From assembly GCA_039908535.1 (NCBI GenBank), contig JAMOAW010000002.1, positions 25,462-89,461 of the forward strand: DNA of 64,000 nucleotides, in the 5' to 3' direction. The notes below the pieces were generated by a model. That model was not told where the DNA came from, made no database searches, and saw nothing but the letters and a program-made list of their open reading frames with translations. Made by a program: the position numbers and the translations under genes. Positions 57,156-64,000 of the stretch are shown here, piece by piece. Source of the stretch: Magnetococcus sp. DMHC-6. GTDB taxonomy: Bacteria; Pseudomonadota; Magnetococcia; Magnetococcales; JADFZT01. Within the stretch, counting starts at the first letter, position 1, and every line of letters starts with the position of its first letter.

Positions 57156-58988
57156 CTATTTTCGATGATGTTTGATGAAATCTTCCACTACTCGCAAAAA
57201 AACCGGGCCATATTTTTCCAACTTGGCTTTGCCTACCCCAGAAATGGCCATCATTTGTTCCAGAGTGCGCGGCTGTTTTTCGGCCATGATCCGTAAGGTC
57301 GCATCATGAAAAATGACATAGGGTGGCACTTTTTGAGCAAGTGATAATTCACTGCGTTTGGCCCGCAAGAGATCCCATAAATCCTCTTTTCCCTCACCAA
57401 ACACCTCTTCTACCGCTCGTTTATAGTTATTTTTCTTTTTAACCGATGAAAAAAATTTCTCTTCTGGTTCTTGACGGATAAACACTTTTTGTTCATCACG
57501 CAACAAGGGACCGCAAGCATGGGTTAATTTTAACCCTGCAAACTCATGGTCATTTTTACACAGATAACCTGCTACCACCAAATGACGAAAGACCGCGTGC
57601 CATTGACGTTCACTCAAATCTTTGCCAATTCCAAAGGTACTGACCAAGTGATGACGGTGCTTAAGAACCTGTTCCGACTCTATGCCACGCAATACATTTA
57701 CCAAGTGACGCACACCAAATATTTGCTCGGTTCGGTGTACACATGAGAGGGCTTTGCGAGAGGCCAGGGTGGCGTCCCAGACTGGAGCTGGATTTAAACA
57801 AATGTCGCAATTGCCACAATCCGCCCCTCCCGTTTCACCAAAATAGCGTAAAAGAATATTACGGCGACAACTGAACGCCTCACAATAATTCAACATCGAT
57901 TCCAACTTGGCACTTTCCACCCGTTTTTGGGTTTCATCGGCATTGGATTCGGTGATAAATTTACGCAACATCACCATATCTTCCAAGCCATAAGTGAGCA
58001 AAGCCTCGGCCTTTTCACGATCTCGACCCGCACGTCCGGTCTCTTGATAATAGGCCTCCAGGCTTTTAGGCATATCCAAATGAACGACAAATCGCACGTC
58101 TGGTTTATCGATTCCGAGTCCAAAGGCGATGGTCGCTACCATAATAATCCCCTCTTCATTTAAAAAACGGTCCTGATTCTCTTGCCGTTGTTTGGAATTC
58201 ATTCCCGCATGATAGGTTAAGGCTTTCCGTCCTTGTTGGAGAAGATAGTCACAGGTTAACGCCACCTTGTTACGGGAAATTCGGTAGACGATTCCAGACT
58301 CTTTAGGAGATTTTCTGGTTAAAAAATGACGCAATTGTAAATGTGGATTATTTTTGGCAATAACCGTATAACGAATATTGGGACGATCAAAACTAGAGAT
58401 AAATATACGAGCGCGTCCCAAACCAAGACGTGTTAAAATTTCAGCCCGCGTTGTGACATCTGCGGTGGCTGTCAATGCAATCCTGGGCACCATGGGAAAA
58501 TGGTTTTCCAAAACCGACAGCCCCAAATAATCTGGACGAAAATCATGCCCCCACTGAGAAACGCAATGGGCCTCGTCGATGGCAAACAATGCCAACGGTA
58601 CTTGATGTAAATAATCTAAGAAATCGGGACGTAATAACCGTTCTGGAGAGACATACAATAGGTCCAACGCACCCGCAGACAACCGTTGAAAAACTTGATG
58701 GGCCTCTTCTGGAGTTTGTGCTGAACTCAAACTTCCGGCCCGAACATTTAATTGCAACAACGCCTCAACCTGATCCCGCATCAATGAAATAAGCGGTGTT
58801 ACTACGACCCCGACACCAGAACGAACCAAAGAAGGCAACTGATAACAAAGAGATTTTCCACCCCCCGTTGGCATTAACACCAGGGCATCTCCCCCGCCAA
58901 TGACATGCTCAATAATCTCTTCTTGATGCCCCAAAAATTGAGAATAACCATACACAGAACGCAATAAATCATAAATCCGTTGGCGCAT
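57156..58988 (-). CDS. recQ: ATP-dependent DNA helicase RecQ
   Basis: MPTGGGKSLCYQLP, DEAHCVSQWGHDFRPDY, zinc-finger cysteines, C-terminal HRDC-like region. 610 aa. Confidence 0.93.
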   Translation of the reverse strand: MRQRIYDLLRSVYGYSQFLGHQEEIIEHVIGGGDALVLMPTGGGKSLCYQLPSLVRSGVGVVVTPLISLMRDQVEALLQLNVRAGSLSSAQTPEEAHQVFQRLSAGALDLLYVSPERLLRPDFLDYLHQVPLALFAIDEAHCVSQWGHDFRPDYLGLSVLENHFPMVPRIALTATADVTTRAEILTRLGLGRARIFISSFDRPNIRYTVIAKNNPHLQLRHFLTRKSPKESGIVYRISRNKVALTCDYLLQQGRKALTYHAGMNSKQRQENQDRFLNEEGIIMVATIAFGLGIDKPDVRFVVHLDMPKSLEAYYQETGRAGRDREKAEALLTYGLEDMVMLRKFITESNADETQKRVESAKLESMLNYCEAFSCRRNILLRYFGETGGADCGNCDICLNPAPVWDATLASRKALSCVHRTEQIFGVRHLVNVLRGIESEQVLKHRHHLVSTFGIGKDLSERQWHAVFRHLVVAGYLCKNDHEFAGLKLTHACGPLLRDEQKVFIRQEPEEKFFSSVKKKNNYKRAVEEVFGEGKEDLWDLLRAKRSELSLAQKVPPYVIFHDATLRIMAEKQPRTLEQMMAISGVGKAKLEKYGPVFLRVVEDFIKHHRK

Positions 58989-59132
58989 ATATCTTCCACT
59001 TGCTATTATTTAGAGGTCATCGTCACCCCCGCGAAAACAGGAATCGCTCAAGAGAAGCCTACCTTGTGGGAGAAGAGGAGATAAAAGCCGGATTGTTGTT
59101 ATGACGCAAGTATAAATCGTGTCAATATTCTC

Positions 59133-59186
59133 GAACATAATGCCCTTTGGGCAAAAAATCAAAATCAAAACCCTGGGGGATGAATT
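59133..59186 (+). repeat. REP/MITE family 2 copy R8, 5' part only
   Basis: GAACATAATGCCCTTTGGGCAAAAAATCAAAATCAAAACCCTGGGGGATGAAT, then unrelated sequence. Confidence 0.7.
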
Positions 59187-59465
59187 TCCCTGTCCATAAT
59201 GAAAACTTCATCCGCCCCAAATTTGGCTCAAGCGAGTTTTGTGCTCTCCACTTATGGTGCTGGTAAATAGGAAGGTCGCCAAAAAGGACGAGTGAGCTAA
59301 CGGGTCGTTTCGGTCCACTAATAAAAATAGTACCAAATTCCGTATCCGATAAGGTCGCCATCAAAAACGAATTTTTTTAAATATCAAATAAATTCAATTT
59401 TTAACAAATAATACAAAAAAATTGAATTCGAAATTGGGGCAGCTGAGGTTTTTAGTAGGGATAGG

Positions 59466-60296
59466 TCATCCTCTGCAGGCGTTGATCCACTCCTCAGTTC
59501 CATCTACAGGAACATGGATTGGAACGCCTTGATCAATCATCCGGGCGACGATGAAGCGGCATGCTAGGCTGAATTTTTCCTTGTTAGGAATTGTATTCCG
59601 GTTGACGACGATATTCCTCCAAAACCAGAAGGAGTGAAGCCGGATTCCCTGGGAACCACGTTCGCCATCATCCCGAAGTTCAATATGCCGGAATGATTGC
59701 CATGGCCGGATTCCTCCCCACATGAGGAGATTACGGTACCGGATACCCTCCGATGTCATGAGTAGGGATTCACTGAACCACCGTACCGGCAACCAGAGGA
59801 ACAAGGTGCCGAAGACAAGAAACCCAAAAAATTCAAGCTGGGCCTCGGACGGGTATAATGTTTGGTGAATGATGGCCAAACGAAAAAATGGACCGAACCA
59901 GAGAGCAACGATAAGCCATGCCGTCAGTCTGGACCTGGGTGGAACGACGAGTTGTCCACCGCTTTTGCTCATTACACCTTTGGACCAGAGACGCAATAAC
60001 TCGTTCTCATGATCCAGTTGTTCGGGTTCGACCTTTCGAAAAGTGCGAACCAGTGCAACACCTGAGGTAACTATAACGACCATGATGAAAAACAGGTACA
60101 GTCCGAATGCGACGGCATTCGTCTCCCAACAGATCGGCATGAAGGGAACCATCAGATTTAAACACCAGGGTGGCATATCATCCAGGGCGATGATGGGCAG
60201 CAACACACCTGACGCAAGAACTCCTACTCTCTGCAAGGTACGGCTGCTGGGCGATATGACAACCATCTTGATCCTCTCGTTGGAATTTGGGGACAC
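59466..60296 (-). CDS. Hypothetical polytopic membrane protein (more GC-rich than neighbours)
   Basis: 276-aa ORF with 4-5 hydrophobic segments and a soluble C-terminal part. No motif recognised. Confidence 0.5.
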   Translation of the reverse strand: MSPNSNERIKMVVISPSSRTLQRVGVLASGVLLPIIALDDMPPWCLNLMVPFMPICWETNAVAFGLYLFFIMVVIVTSGVALVRTFRKVEPEQLDHENELLRLWSKGVMSKSGGQLVVPPRSRLTAWLIVALWFGPFFRLAIIHQTLYPSEAQLEFFGFLVFGTLFLWLPVRWFSESLLMTSEGIRYRNLLMWGGIRPWQSFRHIELRDDGERGSQGIRLHSFWFWRNIVVNRNTIPNKEKFSLACRFIVARMIDQGVPIHVPVDGTEEWINACRG

Positions 60297-60312
60297 CCCA
60301 TTAATTCTTCAG

Positions 60313-60392
60313 AACATGATGCCCTGTGGGCAAAAAAAAGCAAAGGCCAAACCTTGGGGGATGAATCCCCCAAACCCCCTCTTTTTTTTAAG
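60313..60392 (+). repeat. REP/MITE family 2 copy R9, 5' part only
   Basis: GAACATGATGCCCTGTGGGC...CCTTGGGGGATGAATCCCCCAAACCCCCTC T-run, then a break. Confidence 0.7.
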
Positions 60393-60407
60393 TATTAAAG
60401 GATACCC

Positions 60408-61349
60408 CTATCGCCGAATGGCATCCAAATTTTCTATAAACCAAGCATAGGTCTTTTTTATGCCCTCCTCTAAAGATGTCTTTGCGTGCCAACCAAGCCT
60501 ATCCGCTTGTGAAACATCCAAAAGTTTTCTGGGGGTGCCTTCAGGCTTAGTGGGATCAAAGAACACTGTCCCTGAATAGTCCACAATGTGTTTCATAAGA
60601 TCGACCAGTTCGGCAATAGTGACCTCTTGGCCAGTGCCAATATTGATGGGTTCGCTGCGGTTATAATGATCCATTAAAAATAAGCAGGCATCGGCCAAAT
60701 CATCTACAAATAAAAATTCACGGCGTACCCGTCCCGTTCCCCAAACCGTAACGGTTGGCGTATCGCGCACTTTGGCTTCATGAAAACGACGCATCAAGGC
60801 TGGTAAGACATGGGCATTTTCGTTGTGAAAATTATCTCCTGGGCCATATAAATTGGTCGGCATAACGCTTATGGCAGAAAAGCCAAACTGTTTCCTGTAG
60901 GCTTGACACATTTTGATACCGGCCATTTTGGCAATGGCATACCATTCATTGGTGGACTCCAATGGACCTGTGAGCAAATATTCCTCACGCATGGGCTGTG
61001 CTGCCGCTCTTGGATAGATGCACGAACTACCCAAAAATAATAATTTTTCCACCCCACTCTTCCAAGCAGAATCGATGACGTTGGTCTGAATTTGCAAATT
61101 ATCGCGAATAAAATCGGCTGGATAGGTGTCGTTCGCATAAATGCCACCGACACGCGCCGCCGCTAAAAATAGATATTTTGGACGTTCTTGTTGAAAAAAA
61201 TCCTCCACAGTCCGTTGATTGGTTAAATCTAATTGTGCATGTGTTCTGGTGAGAAGATGATCAAAACCCTGCTTTTGCAACGATCGAACCAGCGCCGACC
61301 CAACCAACCCCCGATGACCCGCAATAAAAATAGAATCGCTTTTATTCAT
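60408..61349 (-). CDS. fcl: GDP-L-fucose synthase (GDP-4-keto-6-deoxymannose epimerase/reductase)
   Basis: [20 protein letters not shown] (Rossmann), ...YPADFI.DNL.IQTNVI... Start ATG 61349 overlaps the gmd stop by 8 nt. Confidence 0.88.
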   Translation of the reverse strand: MNKSDSIFIAGHRGLVGSALVRSLQKQGFDHLLTRTHAQLDLTNQRTVEDFFQQERPKYLFLAAARVGGIYANDTYPADFIRDNLQIQTNVIDSAWKSGVEKLLFLGSSCIYPRAAAQPMREEYLLTGPLESTNEWYAIAKMAGIKMCQAYRKQFGFSAISVMPTNLYGPGDNFHNENAHVLPALMRRFHEAKVRDTPTVTVWGTGRVRREFLFVDDLADACLFLMDHYNRSEPINIGTGQEVTIAELVDLMKHIVDYSGTVFFDPTKPEGTPRKLLDVSQADRLGWHAKTSLEEGIKKTYAWFIENLDAIRR

Positions 61350-62445
61350 GATGATCAAATGTTTGAAAGCCTCTACGGCGTACCCATTCGTCTCTTTTGG
61401 CCAGTTTAAAATCCTCTTGCACCATCTCAATAACCAGCTCATTAAAGCTAATTTTAGGAACCCAACCCAACTTTTCCCGCGCTTTACTGGCATCCCCCAA
61501 TAAAGTTTCTACCTCTGTGGGACGAAAATAGCGTGGATCTACTTGTACAATAGGAGCGTCACGGTCGGTCAGATAACCTTTTTCCTCTACGCCACTCCCT
61601 TGCCAATACAGTTCCATGCCCAGCTCACAAGCGGCACTGTTGACGAAATCTCGCACGGAATATTGTCTGCCAGTGGCAATGACATAATCTTCAGGCTTCT
61701 CTTGTTGTAACATGAGCCACTGCATGTGAACATAATCTCGGGCATGTCCCCAATCGCGCTTGGCATTCATATTACCTAAATAAAGACAATTTTGTAATCC
61801 AAGTTTAATTCGCGCCAAAGCACGGGTAATCTTTCTGGTCACAAAGGTCTCGCCCCGAATGGGCGACTCATGGTTAAATAAAATACCATTGCAACAATAC
61901 ATCCCATATGCTTCCCGATAGTTGACGGTAATCCAATAACTATACAATTTAGCCACCGCATACGGAGAACGAGGATAAAATGGGGTGGTCTCCTTTTGTG
62001 GGGTCTCCTGTACATTGCCAAACAATTCTGAGGTAGAGGCTTGATAAAAACGCACCTTATCTTCTAACTTGAGAATGCGTATAGACTCCAGCAAACGCAA
62101 AGTCCCCAAGGCATCCGAGTTAGCCGTATATTCTGGCGATTCAAAAGAGACCGCAACATGACTCTGCGCGGCTAGATTATAGATCTCATCTGGCTGAACC
62201 TCTTGAACAATGCGAATGAGATTTGTACTATCGGTCAAATCCCCATGATGCAAAATAAAAGATCGGTTTACATCATGGGGATCTTGATACAGATGGTCGA
62301 TTCGGTCGGTATTAAAAAGCGAGGATCGACGTTTGAGTCCATGGACTTCATACCCCTTTGTTAATAATAATTCCGCCAAATAGGCCCCATCTTGACCGGT
62401 TACACCGGTAATCAAAGCCCTTTTATTACCGTTTTGCTCGCTCAA
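61342..62445 (-). CDS. gmd: GDP-mannose 4,6-dehydratase
   Basis: [44 protein letters not shown]. 367 aa. Confidence 0.93.
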   Translation of the reverse strand: MSEQNGNKRALITGVTGQDGAYLAELLLTKGYEVHGLKRRSSLFNTDRIDHLYQDPHDVNRSFILHHGDLTDSTNLIRIVQEVQPDEIYNLAAQSHVAVSFESPEYTANSDALGTLRLLESIRILKLEDKVRFYQASTSELFGNVQETPQKETTPFYPRSPYAVAKLYSYWITVNYREAYGMYCCNGILFNHESPIRGETFVTRKITRALARIKLGLQNCLYLGNMNAKRDWGHARDYVHMQWLMLQQEKPEDYVIATGRQYSVRDFVNSAACELGMELYWQGSGVEEKGYLTDRDAPIVQVDPRYFRPTEVETLLGDASKAREKLGWVPKISFNELVIEMVQEDFKLAKRDEWVRRRGFQTFDHHE

Positions 62446-62580
62446 GCTGCGCCCCTTTTTTAATATATCGGAACAATAACAATCAAGACCTTAAAAAAAA
62501 AGAGAAGGGCTAGGTGATTCATCCCACAGGTTTTGTTGTTATTTTTTTTCCAAAAAAGTATCCTATTCTCTGTACCACCC

Positions 62581-64000
62581 TCACAGATTGCGTATCTCTA
62601 ACCCCAACTCCTTATGTTGCGTCAACGCGGACAAGTTACTCACCACGGCGATATGGCCAAGCTCTGGGCGTAGATAGGTATCGGCCACCCGGTGGAGATC
62701 GTGCAGGGAAGTGGCAAGGAGTTGATCCCGAAAGCGATGGCGAATTTCGGGGGTCTTGCCGTGATAAATATCATTAAAGGCGCGAGTGGCCTCTCCGGCC
62801 GGGGAACCGGGACGATCAAGAGGGCCGATAACGCCTAAAATGGCCTCTTCAAGGGTACGGGGTTCATGGCGCGTTTCGGCCAACCAGTCAAGAGAGCGGT
62901 CAAAATCGTTCAGGGTCTCCAGCAAACGGGGATCCCGATAAGAATAAAAACGGAAGGCGCGGGCATCGGTATCCATCCCCGCCCCTCCACCATAAGCCCC
63001 ACCTTGTTCCCGAATGGCGCGATGGAGATAGCCATTTTTAAGAAAAGTCCCCAACACCGAAAGAGCCGCCGCGTCTGGATGGGCGAAAGGAACGCCAGGG
63101 TAGGCCTTGGCACAAAAATGGACTTGGGTGGTGGTGGCCCAACCCAATTGAACACGCTCCTCTAAAGAGGGAGTAGCCAAGGTGGGTTGGGTTTGGGCGA
63201 TCGAATGGGTGGGCCAAAGCGTTTTTAAATGATCGGTAAAATCGGCAAAATGTTTTTTCTCTCCAATCACCACCAATTGTCCGCTGTTAGAGAGGATTTT
63301 TTCCCGTAGTTGTTCCAATTTATGGATAAATTCGGTTAATTTTTCCTCGTTATCCAACGATTGGTCCAACTTGCGCAAACGTTGAATGGCGGTCATACCT
63401 CCCCAACGTTCCGAAAAAGCCGCGCAAGGACTCAAAGAACGGGTGGCGGCGGACATGGCCAGGGCGTGGCCGTTATCGGTGATTTTAAGCTCGGCCATGG
63501 CTCGAGTTTGCGCCACCAATTCCCGCAGTCGCGTGCGTTCATCAAAACGGGCTGTGGTGAGCGTATCACGTAACAATTCGGTAAAGGGGCGGTGGTTGCG
63601 GGTCAGAGCTTTACCGGTCAAGGAAAATACCCCCAGAAACCCCATGGGATCGTCTATGGCCCCCCGGCAATAGCTCCGGGCATGGATGCCGCCACTGATG
63701 GCCGATTGTAAGGCTTGAATGGTTAAATAATCCCGCTCGCCACACCCCACCTCGGTCAGAAAAGAGGAAAAAAGCGGCAGAAGATCCACCAACGACTCTT
63801 CTAAGTCGGGAAGTTCCAGAATAAACTGTTGGTAAACCAATCCGTTGGTAGGCTGGTCATACCAAGAGAGGGTCACATGATCATGGGTATCCAAAGTTCT
63901 TTGGGGTATGGCGGGATGGTCTGGAACATCGGCCAAGGTGAGTTTGGGCAAAATTTCTGGATCATCCTCGCTCTCTTGGCGTTGCTTAAGGGCGACGGTG
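62581..64000 (-). CDS. M16-family (PreP/insulinase-like) metallopeptidase, C-terminal part; gene continues beyond the right edge
   Basis: The frame stays open upstream of the listed start to position 64000 (..TVALKQRQESEDDPEILPKLTLADV..). GGAYGGGA and the overall pattern match M16C / presequence-protease C-terminal halves. Confidence 0.7.
   Translation of the reverse strand, partial: TVALKQRQESEDDPEILPKLTLADVPDHPAIPQRTLDTHDHVTLSWYDQPTNGLVYQQFILELPDLEESLVDLLPLFSSFLTEVGCGERDYLTIQALQSAISGGIHARSYCRGAIDDPMGFLGVFSLTGKALTRNHRPFTELLRDTLTTARFDERTRLRELVAQTRAMAELKITDNGHALAMSAATRSLSPCAAFSERWGGMTAIQRLRKLDQSLDNEEKLTEFIHKLEQLREKILSNSGQLVVIGEKKHFADFTDHLKTLWPTHSIAQTQPTLATPSLEERVQLGWATTTQVHFCAKAYPGVPFAHPDAAALSVLGTFLKNGYLHRAIREQGGAYGGGAGMDTDARAFRFYSYRDPRLLETLNDFDRSLDWLAETRHEPRTLEEAILGVIGPLDRPGSPAGEATRAFNDIYHGKTPEIRHRFRDQLLATSLHDLHRVADTYLRPELGHIAVVSNLSALTQHKELGLEIRNL

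Noticed and set aside
1-64000. rRNA, tRNA, tmRNA, integrase or transposase genes
   Set aside because: I scanned intergenic regions by eye and found no cloverleaf-like or rRNA-like sequence and no recombinase motif. Absence cannot be proven without tRNAscan/Infernal.

Overview
The window looks like chromosomal DNA from a Gram-negative, flagellated proteobacterium. I did not attempt a species assignment.

Housekeeping genes:
- lptG-lptF, divergent from pepA-holC
- ispD-ispF
- metG, miaA, recQ
- gmd-fcl
- msbA-like gene, a flagellin gene, and mutS (broken)

Accessory blocks between them, in order:
1. **1-2432:** a Gabija-like pair. It is an OLD-family ATPase/Toprim nuclease (frame broken once) plus the first codons of a UvrD-like helicase.
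2. **2650-3658:** a very unusual ~1-kb array of nested, 5'-anchored partial tandem copies of one ~36-bp unit. It sits next to a GC-rich Fic island.
3. **13185-23838:** an AT-rich, single-strand cluster in which every product carries a signal peptide or lipobox.
   - It holds a CsgG-like lipoprotein fused to DUF4384, and an OmpA-like protein.
   - It holds two paralogous TPR-like proteins and a DUF2807 beta-helix protein.
   - It holds four tandem paralogous small proteins, each with two ~33-aa repeats, and an exported WD40-caspase.
   - I read this as an undescribed curli-like (CsgG-channel) fibre system. It is my top candidate for something new.
4. **27395-31828:** a GAF-GAF-HD-GYP gene next to a broken CHASE2 adenylate cyclase.
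5. **32124-35082:** a TerB / TerA-like / TerD / HAD operon.
6. **38230-44024:** a TonB receptor, YfiR-like protein and hybrid kinase operon.
7. **44710-48915:** two metal modules. One is a CsoR/RcnR-like repressor with a CDF transporter. The other is a MerR regulator with an ArsP-like permease broken at a G11 tract.
8. **50066-53833:** a 1255-aa protein with a kinase-like domain (HRN instead of HRD), a PEGA domain, helical repeats and an FGE-sulfatase domain.

Two related REP/MITE families litter gene 3' ends, with at least 13 copies. One copy has a clean 9-bp target duplication that includes the recQ stop codon. Another carries an expanded hexanucleotide microsatellite.

Four genes have broken frames: OLD, the cyclase, the permease and mutS. 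This is either real decay, possibly a mutator background, or assembly error.

I recognised no rRNA, tRNA or CRISPR array. All homology calls rest on motifs read by eye. No searches were run.
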